Source: Bigelowiella natans CCMP2755
Lineage: Eukaryota; Protista; Cercozoa
Direction of reading: 5' to 3'
Assembly (NCBI GenBank): GCA_000320545.1
Contig: ADNK01001014.1
Location: 1 to 64,000, forward strand
DNA length: 64,000 bases
In this document: positions 47,190-61,500 of the stretch, in pieces
Position numbering within the stretch: position 1 is the stretch's first letter
Layout of the letters: every line of letters starts with the position of its first letter
Notes under the pieces: model-generated
Databases searched by the model: none
Seen by the model: only the letters and a program-made list of their open reading frames with translations
What the model was told of the DNA's origin: nothing
Position numbers and translations under genes: made by a program

Positions 47190-48820
47190 ATGGTTATCCC
47201 CCCAGAAACAATGGTGTCGAATGAGAATCGGAAGTTGTTAGACAAGATCTTCAACAAATACGACACTAATGGAGATGGGGTTCTTAGCCTCGATGAACTC
47301 GAGGAGATGGTTGACAACCTCCCCGGAAACTGGACCAGTGTCATGAAAAAGGTAGGTCGAAAAAACCCAATCTAGGACACAAAATCAAATGCTTATGAAC
47401 CACCCTGAATGCTGGCACTGAAGTGTTCTTAAGTTTAACTTTCTCGATTAATACGCCCCTCAGGACTTAATCTCAATCGTCGATTCGGACGCCGACGGAG
47501 AGATCACTCCTGCCGAGTTTGAGAGCGCGTTCGCACTTATTTGCGCCGAGAAGAAATCTGATGGGCAATCCTCTCCACTTAAGAAAGCAGAGGGGGGAAT
47601 TCCAGTAGAGCATTCTAAGACGATAATGCGGAAGATTCTGAGACCAGAGAATTGCAATTCCAGTGGTATCGTTGAGATCGGCGAAGTGCTTAAGTGGATA
47701 GATCTAGCATCGCTGGCGACCAGCTGGAAGCATGCAGGTTCTCAAGGGATTTTTTAATAGTTGTCTTCTTCCTTCTCTCTTCTCAAAAAAAAAATAAAAA
47801 ATCTGAACAAAAGTATTTAACATCAACTTCTTATTTATCTGATGTATGCTCGCACAAGCATGCGCGCATGTCTGATATGTTGTATGTTTATTCTTTCATT
47901 CACGTGTGCTTGTTCGTGCGTGCGCGCTTGTGTATTAATCGATCGAAGGAGGCAATTCCGTCACGAGCCGTATCGACCAGATCCATTTCTCCCCAGAGCT
48001 CCCAAGATTGGGAGACATCGTCATTCTTAACACCAAACTCATAAGAGTGTACGGCTACAAAATGGAGATCGTTGTCAAGGTTAGTTACAACTCCAAGCAG
48101 TCGAAAGAGCAAAAACCACTGTGCACCGCATATAGTGTGTTCGTTGCTCTGGACTTTGATGTTCCGAATATATCCAACAACCCCCCGGTCTTCAAGCCCA
48201 CTCCCCGTAGCATTCCTCCACTGAAACTCTCTACCGACGAGGAAAGGAAGATGTACAAGCTTTCCGTCCTTCATCAGGCACAAAGAAGAGAAAAATATTT
48301 ACTGATGAAGAAGAGCAAGAAGACTGAGGGAAAACATGCAGCAGAAGGGTCCAAATGGAAGACCACGACGACGGAGATCGTACTGCCGCAATACGCGAAT
48401 CCTTACCAAACGTGCTTCGGCGGCCAGCAAATGGCCTGGCTTGTTGACGCTTGTGTTGTCTGCGCGGGCAATCTGATGTCTGAAGGTAGCATTGAGGATT
48501 TGCGTGTGAGTTGCATTGAGGAAGTATTTTTCAAAGCCCCAGTCTTCCTCGGACAGATGGTCGAGATTTTGGCGCAACCCACGAGAATGTGCGGTGAAGA
48601 CTCAGTTGAGATCGAAGTTACTCTCTTCTCTACATGCCGTTTTACCAAAAAAAGAACTCGGTGCAGCCAAACATTCGTCACCCTTAAATCGAAAAGGGGT
48701 CTTCAGTACAAGCCAGCCACTGAGGGAGAGAAAGCGAGGGAAGAAGAATCGCAGAATCGATGGAAACTTCGGCTCAAGCAACGAGTGGAAGACCTGGCGC
48801 AGTCTCTTAACAGCATGTAA
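47190..48820 (+). CDS. EF-hand pair fused to a double-hotdog cytosolic-type acyl-CoA thioesterase (ACOT7/11/12-like)
   Basis: Exons 47190-47351, 47464-47737 and 47949-48820 are phase-consistent (0, then 1). EF loops DTNGDGVLSLDE and DSDADGEITPAE. Hotdog 1: RPENCNSSG...LKWIDLA...VTSRIDQIHF...LGDIV. Hotdog 2: VLPQYANPYQTCFGGQQMAW...IEEVFFKAPVFLGQMV. Confidence 0.85.
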
Positions 48821-49510
48821 GAAATTGAGGGATGAATGTATCGTATCGTATCTAGCTTACTCGTGGTTTCATCATTTAGAGTGCTGCTATGTGCGTGCAC
48901 AAGGGATCTGCTAGTTTTACGTGTGGCGACCAGTGCTCGCACATGTCAAAATAGCAATGTTGACGAGCGACGTTTTGCATGTCATCGTCGATCACTCGCA
49001 AATGCATCATGATCATAAATGCCCTGCGATGCGAGTGAAACTTGGGAGGACTAGCTAGTAACATGTAGCCATGTTTTGGCATGTCTGCGTGCCAGACTTG
49101 CTGCGCATGTGCATGCGCATTACATCATCATTACGAACACACAAAAACAGAGTCGATCAGAGATCGCATGGCGTTTGCCACGTGTGCATTCCACCGCTGT
49201 GACATTTCACATGATCTCGCTTGCTGCACTTGTTACATACAACTACTGCGGCAAGCAGGGGATGACCTAGCTTGCACGCCGACACATCGTTCGTCGTCGC
49301 CGATCGATGCAACGTTGACAAATCCGGCCCGAGCTTGTGTAGTGATTTGCGCGTGCGGCGCGTACATAGCTAGCTAGATAGGCGCTCTCAGTGCCACCAA
49401 GAATAGCATAAAAACATGCAGCAGTCCCTTTCCACCGGATCATTTTGTAGCGATGATGTATGGTATAATTGCTTTGGTAGACATATTTTGACGAAGAGGA
49501 TTGTTCCCCA

Positions 49511-52500
49511 TTAATCATTCAATTGACATAATATTGCCGCACCTTTAAGAACCCAATATCTGGATTTCCGGGTCGAGGGTAAATCGATTGCTAAGACAAA
49601 ATTGGTGGACTGGCCAGTCGTTGACAACGTGCCTGAAAAGAGAAGATGTTTAAAAATATACTCCGAGGACTTTCAAAAATATCAAATCACATACATCAAT
49701 CACACACGCTAACACACACATTTTTTTTACCGGCTCGCACACTTGTCTTGTAGCAAGGGGCTTCGTAATCCGAGGGATTGCGTTTATAGTTCTCCTTTGG
49801 AATGAAATGGATGAGCGGCAGCGTATCGTACAGCTCTCCAAGCTTCGAATCCTCGACACACTTGGCCTCGGGATCCCAACGAGCGCCATCAAAAAATAGC
49901 CCGTACACGTACACGCCGTCTTCCGGCGCTTCTTTAATATCATCCTTGTTGTACTGAGGCAGTACTTTAAACGAGAAGTTGAGCGAGTCGATAGGCACCA
50001 TATACTTTCGGGCGAAGTTTTGCAGCGTTCCCGTGAGGAAGCCTTGCGGATAGAAGAACCCAGGTACCCAGTAGGACGATGGGGGGCCCTTCGTCAACCA
50101 CCCGCGCAGAAATTCGATGCGCAAGTAAAGGTCTTCGTTCCAAGAGCTTAGCGGTTTGAGCGACGGGTAGGCAATATCTTCCCATAGCTTTGGCACCTGG
50201 TTGTTCAGGATGGAGGTAAACATGCGATCGAGCTCCGCCGACATAACAACCTCCCCGCGGATAGCCTTCTGCACCTCCTCAAGAGTGAACCGGACCCGCT
50301 TTAGAAGCCTGTTGAATCGGTCCATTTCCTGGAGCAGCACGGTTGTCAGCGAGTCAAGAACGCCCTTCTTCTTCTTGAAGATTATTGGATGAGCGCTCTT
50401 GCGATTTAGTAGCTTAGGAACTTTATCCTCCATCATCTTGGCAGCTTCAGCGACTACCTCGTCGCTAGTCTTGCCACCATCACCTCCGCCACCAACATTA
50501 GGTTGTATCGAGAGTACTGTCGCTAAGATACGATCTGTTTCTCTTCTCTGGAAGGACAAGTTGGCGTTCTCGTGCATGCCAAATATCTCGGGATCGGCTT
50601 GCAGTGGGAGATTCTGCAAGTAATCTATGGTCTCTTGGTAAGTGCCTTCTGTCGGAGAATAATACAGCCCACTATCTGAGAATTTGTAACCGTCCTTGAG
50701 GATATCCGGAGTGTAGAATTTACTCAGGATGTTCATGAGGCAGCGACGGTCCCAATCGTCGGTCACACGCCCTCCATAGTTAATTTGTCCAGCTACATAC
50801 CTATCAATGGTTAGAATAGTGTTGGGGGTTGTTTTAAGATTACAAACAAACAAAAAACAAGCTAAATTGCATGAAAACTTAAGTTTCTTTCTAGTTGCAC
50901 CGCCCATCCTCCCCTGATTTCATCTCTTCCTCCTATTACGTGAGGGCATCAAAAGGAATTTTCTTCTGCTCCTCGAGGAACATCTGCAAGACTTGCATCG
51001 ATGTTTCCAGGTCCGAGTCGTTGAAACCATACATGATGTTCCAGCCAAGCGGACCGAATTTGCACCTCTCTTGCACTGTTGCATGGAAGAAACACAGTCC
51101 GAACAGCATTTTCTTCCACTCACGTTTCTTGGTGCAGTTCTCGTACTTCTCTGGGTTCACAACGTTGGCAAAGGATCGCAGCAAGTTTGCCCGGAGGCCT
51201 TTGGGGGGTTCGTTCGTCAGTTTGATGCCTTTTTGAAGAACAGGGACTGGGAAGTAGTCGCACGGCATGGATGTGAGCCACAACCGGAAATTGTCGTGAA
51301 TTGAGTCCTCTTCCTCGCTGAGCGAGTGGATGACCTTCTCAAGCCCCGGCATCCAAGACTTGGCAAGATGGCAGTTTTGGAGGCACACCCAGGTTCCTTT
51401 CTTCCTAGCTTCTTTGATCAGTCGTTCAGCAATTGGCCCTTGTCCTTGTCCTAGGGAGCGCATCTCAAGCTTGTTAGAGAACTTCATATCCTTCGCAAAC
51501 CGGAGCAGCATACCCGTAGGGTCCGCCCCGCTGGAAAGGACAAAGATTACTGGTGTAGTTTTGTCAGTGTCCTTGTACACGTCTGCAAGCTTGATGTTCT
51601 GCACCTCCACATACTCCTTGCCCATTTCCTTCACTACGAAGTCGGAGAACGCGAAGACTAGCTTCTCTGTCGAAACGACCTTGAGTAGCAGCAGCTGCTG
51701 GAAGTTACTGAGCTTTGTGCCCCACTCGCCTGGTAATTTTTCCTGATGCGTGTTGCCAGAAGATATGTATGCCGTCCAACTCTTGCTGTCCTCGCCCATG
51801 TCACCGATGATTCCTTTGAATTCAGGAATTGTAGCCTCGATGCCCTGCAGCAGTGCAAAGTTCTTCTCAGTTATCAAATCTGGGAACGGATTTTTGACTT
51901 CTTCTTCTTCTTCTCCATCCTCAGCCTTAGCCTGTGAATCAACAGAAAGTCGATGGAAATAAGGAAAGGCTCAATTGAGTTTATTTGACCAAGTGGCAAA
52001 TTGAAGAACGTACCTTTGGCGGTACGCCTCGAAGTAAGATATTCCATTCGTCAAAGGCAATCTTGCGAGCGTTTCTCATTATGCTGCAGCAGATGAGAAA
52101 CGAGTACATTAGCTTATGGACCTCAAACAAACCACGGCAGATGTTGTTGTAGACGAACATCGTCAAGTAGCTGAGGTATAACATAAAATAAAGCAAGAAG
52201 ACCCATCAGACATATGATAAGAACGGTACAAAAAAAAAGACCAGAATAATGAATTCTCCCTGTACATACTTTGCACTGTCTACCGTTTTTGCTCGTGCAA
52301 TTTGTGTAGTGGTATTTACCTTAGCAGGTTCTCCACGCGCTGCTGGACCTTCTTACTCTTCGGAGCGTTGTCGAGACATTTCATAAACAAGTTGGAAAAG
52401 TAATCTAGAGAATATTGGTACATCGGATCGACATTGCCCATATCCGAAATGACAAAGTACAGCAGGGAGCCACGCGTCGCCACTGGACGATAAACCTCCC

Positions 52501-55500
52501 GGATCGTGTCGATCTTTTCATTCGTCACGTTGGCTATCTCAATACGCTTATTGATTTCTTCAGAAGTCGTTTTACTGATCTCGAGGGTCTCGATCAGATC
52601 AACATCGTCCAGAATGTTGTCATCTGATTCAGAAAGCATCTTGAGGATCTTTACTTCGAGCATCTTCTTCTCCTTTTGGTCGTTGGCCATCGAGACGACA
52701 AGTTCTTGCCGCTGCCTTTCCACGTCGGAGCGCTCTGCTTTGACAACGAAGCCTAGCAGCTGGTCCTCCAACCCGTCCTGTGTGACCGTGAAGTTGAGCA
52801 GCGTCACTTTGATGCATATTTCGGGCATGTAGTGTGGGTTCGGTAGCTTGGTCGTCATGAACAGCTTGAAGCCAGGGTCCCAGTTGACCTCGTTGTCTCC
52901 CAGCCTGAGCATCCTGCCGCCACCAACCTGCTCCCTTGTCTGCTTTAGTAGTACAGGGTCAATCGACGCGTCAACCGACTCATCAAGATCTTCTATCAGC
53001 ATAGGCCTTCCGTTGCTCACGGCTGTCTCTAACGTTGGAAGCAGCTTTGGATTCCGGAAGGTCGTGATGATCATGTCGTCTTTCTTGTACATCGTCTTGA
53101 TCCAGTTATTAGCTTGCGACTGAGGGTCAATCATAAGTGGATATCTCTCGGCGCGCTCCACAACTACCGCTGAGTCGATCGAAACCGCATCGGTTGGAAG
53201 TCCATCAATGTTCCATTGTCGAATATCAGTCGGCTTTCCGAGCGAACTTTGGAGCGAGAAATCTTCGCCAATAGGCAGCTTCAGCTCCCGCATTCTCTCC
53301 ATCCATCCTTTGACGCATTCGTTGCGCCAAACGCCAGTGAAAGGGCCGTAATACGAGATACACGCGGCAGATAGGAACACGTCACCGACCAAGTTATCGA
53401 GCTTTATCTGTGCGAGAAGTGAGTAATGAGACAACAGCATATTGTGAAATACATAAAATTTGACAGATGCATACATTCATTACACTGAACTATTGAAAAG
53501 GTTTGGCGTTGTACTTCGTCACTCTTAGTCGTAATATTAATCATACTCACCCCGAGAGTCTTGGAGTCTTCAGTCCATCTTACCTGCTCGCTTCCCAGCA
53601 AGCTGGTCAGTTTCTCGGCGTTGTTCAGGCGCTGCTGCGTCTGCTTCTGCTGATCATCAAGCTTTTGCTTTTGCTCCATAGTCTCACTACACTTCTTATC
53701 GAGATCTGCTACTTTATCTTGAACGGCTTTCAGCTCCTTCATCTTCCCGGAAAGAGCCTTGTTGGCCGCCTTTAATTCTGCATTCAGACCTGCTACTTTC
53801 TGACGAAGTGGCTCGACTGTCTTGTTTACTTGTGAGTAAAGCACCATCGCACGACACCACGCACACAATCCTGAGCAAGCACTGGAGATGCTCATCATTG
53901 CCTCCGGAGTGAAGGCTTCCATTTTCATGTACTTCTCCATCTTCTTGCACATCTTATCGTTGACAGTGTCCTTTGGGTAGGTGAGCAGCTGCTGTAAAAA
54001 GTTACTCTGTCCCATCATCTTCTTGGATGTGTCCCACGATGGTTTTCCTGGGAACTTGAGCAGCACGCTCACAGCTTCCATAACGACCCTCACCATCTCG
54101 GGCGGAGATTTGAGGCCCTTAGCCGTAGCAATATCCGACTTTGTGATCGCATCTAGCGCCTTCATGGCCTTTTTAAGGGCAGGGAGAGCCTTTCCAAGCT
54201 CCGCATCTGCGGCTTCTTTGAGTTCATTGGCCTTGGCCTGCTGAGCTCCTACTTTCTTCGACTCAGCGCCAACACGCTTCTCAATAATAGCAGCAGCAGC
54301 CTTCTCTTTTTTGACCTGTTTAAGCAACTCGGCGGTATCTTTGGCAGCCTTGGCAAGCTGTGGCTTCATCTTCGCCATAATCTGAGTCAGCTCTGCTACC
54401 TTTTTGTTCGTTTCCTCTAGCTTATCTAATCCAACGAGTAATCGATCGCGGCTCTCTGACACATCCTGCCGCCTCTCTCCTAGCAGCACCATATACATCT
54501 GGATCATGTCTAGGTAACTCTTTGGCGTGGTATAGACCCGTCGGCGGAGGTTCTTGTAGAAGCGTTCGCATGTTTCAACCATAGAGATGTGAACATGCAC
54601 GGCGGCTTCTGCAAGAGCAGAACGGATCTCGTCACTCTTCAGCGAGACTTTTGCCAAGAACTTATTCGCAACTGATCGAAGCGCCTCCTCGGGCCATCGG
54701 TTGTACCAATCTATCTGCGTGCAGTTGATTAGAGAAGGAAACTTCCTGCACCGTGTGCGAAAAGAGTCACCGACAGGCGACATCGTAAGCACGATGTGTA
54801 GATTCTCCTGGACAAGTTCCACAAAAGTTGCCCACGCCTGTGGCTTGGTTTGGGGTAGTTTACGGGCTTCCAGGATCGGCATCATATCCTCGATGAGCCC
54901 CGAAAGGTCATCTGCCTGCCACAGGTTTGGAACCTCCCCGGAGTTCAGAATGTTGTTTACATCCTCTAAGAATCTCTCTTCCAAAATCTGGTTTTCGGTG
55001 AAAAGGAAGGCGACCGACTTTTCTTCAACAGAGGCAATACGCATCATCTGTCGCACATTGTCCTGGAACGAGGAATAGTCGAATCCTCTCGTGAGCTCGA
55101 TCTCGTAGCACGTGTACTCGGCGATGGAGGCAGCTAGGCGTGTCATACTCTGTCGTCCTGACCCACCGAGTCCAACCAAAAGTGCATTTCCTCGGGGAAG
55201 CTGCATTATTCTCGCAACGCGAGCAAGGTGCTCAACTGCATCGTTAAAGAAGACTAGCTCCATCCTAGGGTTGGACGAGTCTTCATGGTATTCCTCGAGC
55301 TTTTCGGTACACACTCGCTCGAGTGTGCCCATTTTCTTGAAGTCAAACTCTGTGTATCCAGCCCCACCGACCCAGTTGCCAAAGATGAGAGGCTTCTCCT
55401 CAAACAGCTCTTTGTGCTGATAGCTGCCTGGAAAGTTTGAGGACAGCATCTTAACAACCTGCTCTGTGAACCAGCGCTTATCTTGCTGATTGATCAGACG

Positions 55501-58500
55501 GTCATGGAAGCAGCGGCACACCTCGTGCACCCAGAGCCGTGTGACTTGCTCGGGCTGCTTGTATGTGAAACTTTCTGCCTGCAGAACGCCCTGGAAGACC
55601 TTCGAGACATCGCGCAGATTGAAGGTGTAATGACTCTTTGCGGGTGTAGGAAGCATGGTGCTAGTGAGCGCGTAGTAGAGAGATACTGTCGATCTAACTA
55701 TAGGGGCGGTGAGCTTGGGGATGGGATCTTTGAAACCCTTATTCAAGAATCCACCGCAAATCGAGGTGAATATTTTAATCATCGTGTCCTCGTCGGGAGG
55801 AGAGATGCACATCATATTGAAGTGACGAGTAAATCGAGGCGTCATATCAGCTCGCCCACCTCCGGGAGGAGCTGCAGCTGCCACAAGCACCGTACGACAA
55901 ATGTTTTTCCAGAGATTCATGACCTCTCTGTCCCAGAAGCCCTTGTAATCACAGAACTGACGCAGTAATTCAACCGGGGGTTGCGCCCCGTACTCCTCCA
56001 CCTCTGGCATGTTAATGTCGTCCACGAATATTACCAGCTTCTTGTTCGCAGGTGCCCCCCTGAGGAATAAGGAAAACCAATGATGGACATGATACCCGAA
56101 AAAATGAGATATGTGTTAGAAATTCAGAGGAAAGAATATGGCAGTAAGGATGAAATATTAAGACTACTATTGCTGCTACTACTGCCTGCCACTTACAGAA
56201 GAGTTCTTCCGAGCTTGAGCAGCTTGGATTCGATGGTACTCTGCGTTTGTAGAGACTGTGTGCCTCCGGAAAAGTTGAGAATAACACTATCGACACCCTC
56301 CTCCTGCATACCATCTAGCGTGTCCCTCACAATCACAGACTTTCCGACCCCTGTTAATCCTGTGAAGAAGGTGGACTTTTGGCCGCGAATGAGGTGTTGC
56401 AGCAGCCAGGAGTATCGGACCGTGTCACGGGTTGGTACAACCATGGAGAAGAACGGCGCTTCCTTGTCATACTTGAAGGGGCTGACGATCGAATCCCATT
56501 TCTTGTAGGATGCGCCGTCTTTCATGTCAACAAAAGCGCCGAAGCAGTCAGGGTTTGGGGCCTTATTTTTGAACGTGTCCTTGATGAACTGAGCGAATTT
56601 GACCTTGGACTTTGAGTACACGGACGCGCCAGCACTCCAGATCACGGCGAAGACGAAGACGTTGTCCGTCATTTGGTTGAGTTTTTTCTCGTCTAGTGTT
56701 GGATCGACGTACTGGGCAGTGATAAGCGTTTCAAATATGTTACACACGCTGGTCACGATCTGGATGTCTGCCGTCGCAATGGGCTCCTCGCATTCGTTGC
56801 GTAGGAACTTGATTATTGCTGGCATGTAGTTGATAAAGAGCAACTTGATGTGCTTAATGACGGCCTCGGGCAACACGAGCGTCTCCTGTGCGGGCACAGG
56901 CACCCCTTTCGGTGTTTCAATGTAGATGTCTTTCTCCTCGTAGCGATGAATCCACGAGTGCATATATGGTAGATAACCAAGCTGTGATGGAGCACAGTAG
57001 ACGATACCAACGCGACTGACAGTAGCAGGTGAAGCCACCTCGAGATCCTGCACTTCAAACAGCATGCGCAGCTCTGTTTTCAGCTTGATCCGCTCCCCGT
57101 TGGAGAGACACAAGGTCATGTTGTCGTCCAATACGGTGTTCATATTTTCGATCCACAGCGCGTCTACGGGACCATCAAAGGTGACCCAGTGCTTGTCTTC
57201 GGTCTCATCCTTGATCGCTTCGCGCATGATAGTCGATGCCAGTCCGTTGCGCCACTCCTGCGTAATCGGGTGGACTTCACCGTACAGCTCTCCCATGGTC
57301 ACGCATTTGGGGTTGAGCACGTGCGTGAAAACCTTCTGGAAACGTTCATCGTCGATTCCTTGATCACGGAGATCTGTCATCACCTTCTGTAGCGTCTTAT
57401 AGATAGTGGACTTCCCACCGCCAGAGGGCCCAACCAGCATCACACCAAAACGCACGTTGAACGTCTCGAATAGCTGGATTATCTTGTTGATGAACGTTGG
57501 AACAAGCTCCTTCTGGAACCCAGTGAGTACAGCCTTTATGGCGTTCTCCAACTGACCGTATTCCTTCTGGGGTACCACAGCACGAGGGAAGAGATCCTTG
57601 ACGATCGCATTGAAGAGAGGCAGGTCGTCGTCAAGGTACTTTGGCAAGTTGGCATCTTTCATCGCTCCAATCAGGATGACATCCTCGGATAGATCCGGCC
57701 GTGATCGCTTCGCTTCACCGGCCATAACCAGCACAGATTTCACAGCTCGAAGACCGAAATCATAGTGACGTTGCTGGGAGAGCTGTTCAGATGACAGCTT
57801 ATACAGCTTCGTCATTTTTCGTGCCAGGATTGTGGCTTCATTGAACCCCTCAGCGTACAACATGATCTCAGCAATCAAAGCGTAGTCGGGAATCATCATC
57901 GCCACGGGACGGAAGAGGACTTTCAGATTGTCTGGCAGTTCGGTACGGCCAGCATAACCTGGGTTCATCGTAATCATAACGCCAAAACGGCCCTTCAGTT
58001 TGATGTCGTCGCCCTGGAACTTAAACGATTGTCCAGGCTTCTTCTCAAGCAACGCAACACGAATTTGCAGCAGTTGCTGAGCAATGACAGACAACACTTC
58101 AATGTCGATACGGTTGAATTCGTCGAGGCAAGTCCATGCCCCGGCCTGTGCAAGACCTGCAAAGTGCTTGGCCATCATCTTGAAAGTAATCTGGTCGGAA
58201 CAGTTAAAAACGACGCAGTAAATTCCCATTGCTTTGGCCAAGTCCTTCGTACTCTCTGTTTTCCCTGTTCCAGCGGGACCGGCAGGGGCGCATCCGAACT
58301 TGAGGTGCAAGGCGCCCGTAATGGTCATCCAACACCGGTCGGTTAACGGTGTGATGACCAATCGGCTCGCCATGCCCATATACTCATACCCGTACTCCAT
58401 CACAGCGTTTGCCTGCTTCACAATGCAGTCGCTGTCCCAGTAGAATCTGAGCTGCTGCTGCCAAAGGAAGGTGCTGGTGGTGTCAACACCATCCTTCAGC

Positions 58501-61500
58501 AGCTTCATCGTCACGTCTCGTGCATGTACGTCGGTGGTGACGAGAGTAACGATCTTGCGACGCTGTAACTTAGGCAGCTTTCCGCGAACTAGAACCAGAA
58601 GCTTCAGCAGCTGGTCCTTCTGCGTGTCGAGCCATGCCTGAAGCTTGCCTTCCTGTATCGCCTTCTCCGAGGAAGCGGACCACACGATCTGGCTGATGGT
58701 CATAACGATTTGTCCGTAAGACTCCTGGATCCACTCCAAGCGCTCATCAGCTCCTTCCTTGTAGGAATGCACCCCCTCTTTCATGAGCTTCTGCAGGGTC
58801 ACAGCCACTTCCTTCTCGAGATCTGTGAGCCACATCTCTACGCCATGGTTGGAGCGGATAGTTAGCGGCTTATGCAGCTTGATATTCTCGCCTTTGGGAG
58901 AGGTGAATGACATAACGTTGATACCGCCAGGCGCATCCTTGAACTCGAGACGGTAGACAGCTTCGAAGCACTTCTTCAAGTTCGCTTGTACTTTGCTAAG
59001 GTCCTCTGCGTTGGCAAGGATCTCAAGCAGCTCGTCGTTAGACAGGAAGTAGAAGCGAGGGAACTTCTTCCGCTTGGTGGTTAGGTACTCTTCAAGCTGC
59101 TTCTGGACGTTGTCGAGGATCTTGTTGTTCTTGACGATGTTCTCTAGAAGTTTTTTCTGCGTGCCAGCCTCTAAGGCGTTTGCAGCCTCGCTCGCCTGCT
59201 TCATCATATCTTTCCAGTACAAATCGACCTGGGTGAAGGACTTTGTTGCCATGGGCAGCTGCCGGCGGATATCCTGTGCTTGGAAAATGTTCTCTAGGTA
59301 CATCCACTGCCGCATGAGGATGATCCACTCGTCAATCGTTTCCTGGAATTTGAGAAGTTTTCTAGACATTTCCTCTGCCTGAGGGCGGATAGGTTTGACA
59401 TAACGAGAGCCGAGAATCTGGTTGATCTTGACCATTGAGTCATCGAGGGTCGTAAGGATCTCTTCAAGGCTACCAAGGACCAAGATGTCCTTCTGACCCT
59501 TGTGAGGCTCCACAGGAAGAGGTATCCTCTTCCAGTCGTCTGTGAGCGTTTGTAGGTCGTTTGCGACCACGCTCTCCTGACGAGCACGACCTGCGATCGC
59601 GCCGATGTGGTCCTTGTGTTCCATAGCGTTGATCTCTATCAGCTTCTTCAAGTTGAGCTCGCCCTTGGCCATGTCCTCCTTCCACTTTGCATTATTCAGC
59701 AATTTGGCGATTTCCTGCTCATGCTCCCTGGTTAGGAATTCGCATCCAAGCGCAGTGACAATGGGGAGCGTGTTGTTCATACGCTTAACTGCGCTCTTGA
59801 GCGTTGTCGCAACTTCCGTTTGTTTGCCGTCGATCATCCATCGTCGACCAAGCTTTGAAACAATTTTATTGAATTCAGACGCAGCGCTCTGTACGGACCT
59901 AACAGATAAATTCTCGAAGGCTGTTTCCAGCCATTTGGCTTCCTTGTCAGTCCACTGCTTCAACTTAGACCAGAGGGTTAATTTGACATCCAAGTCACGG
60001 CGTGTCTCGCACACATGCTCGAATTCATCAGGGTCCAGGTCCATCTCAAGCTGCCACTTTTTATACGTCTCAGCGCGCTGCTCGATCTCAACGAGTTTCT
60101 TCTGCTCATGCTCGAGAGCCTCGATAGTGTCTTCGATGCCTGTCTCCGGGATGGATCCGAGCTTAGGGTCATTGAGCATCTCCTGCATTTTCTCTGTGTC
60201 TGTCTCAAGGTCTTTCGTAAGCTTGCCCTCAAGTTGCTCTGTGAATTCCTTCATGTACACGTCCATCTTGGTCTCCACCGTAAGCATCGTCTTTGACAGT
60301 TCCTCCTTCATCCTCGCAAGAGTCTCCATCTCATCCCTATCGTCATCCTCGATATCGATCTTGTGAGTCTCCATGAGAACATGAAGCTCTTGGATCTCGT
60401 GGTACCTCTGCATCATCTTATCGTGTCCGTCTTGTACACTCTTCACATGGCCTCGCGTGATCACGAACTCGCCGACATCTTTGGGAGTATACGAAATCTG
60501 CGTGTTGGAAAGTTGGACGTACTTGATAAGAGCATGCACCTTGTCGCGAACGATGCGCGGCACCAGCTCGTGCATGTCGGCGAGCTTTTCTTCTGGGGAT
60601 GGTAGGTATTTCTCCTTGAGGGCCTCAGAGTCGACCGCAATGACACCGACGTTTTGAAGAGTGTTGATATCATTGAAAACCTTGATTTGATCGCGATACT
60701 TGCTGAGCAGTTTATCGAGCGTTTCCTCGTCGGCGTCGTAGAAGCTCTGGACTTGAGTCTTTCTGTTCTCCTCATAGATCTTATTGAACTCGTCCAGACT
60801 CTGCGAGTACGTTTTGGCTTTTCCAAAGGCTGAAGTAAGGGCTTCCTCAATTTGTCGTTGTGTATCAATGATTGAGCGTTCATCGAGAAGAGCGTCACGC
60901 TGTTCAATCTCTGTGTCCTCCTCCTCGAATCTTTCCTCGGGAACGGAGCCTTTAGTGTACTTCATCAACTCCGGGTGTGTGATGAGACGTTGGAAAGACA
61001 TTGCAACTTCGATTGCGCCCACCATAGCTTCGCGGATAGCTTCCTGGAAGTCGTCAACCTGCGGAGTGAATGACAGCTCTTTAGTCTCCTCGTCCTGGAC
61101 AACTTCCACGCTGAATAGCGGTGTGATGTCTGATTCAGGCTCCTCTTTTGTGTCTTCTTGCACCACGTTCTCCAAATCCTCCGCTTCCCCTTCGCCTTCG
61201 CCCTCCTCCTCTTTCTCGGCCTTGCGTTTAGCCTCTTTGGCTGCGATACGTTCGAGCTCCTCTGCCATCCGCAGCGGATTTATCTGCTCCAACACTAGGG
61301 TGAATATTGGGTCTGGTTTTTTAACTTCCTTCTTTTCCTCGAGTGGGTCGATGGTGGCTTCTTCGTCTTTTTCCTCCTCTTCTTCAGGCTCCGGATACTC
61401 AACGTCGGATGCTGCTATCCAGCCTCTGCCATCTTCAAGTTTGAGAAATAGCTGCTTGCCCACGTGCTTACGCTCCACCACTTTTTCGAAATCACGGCCC

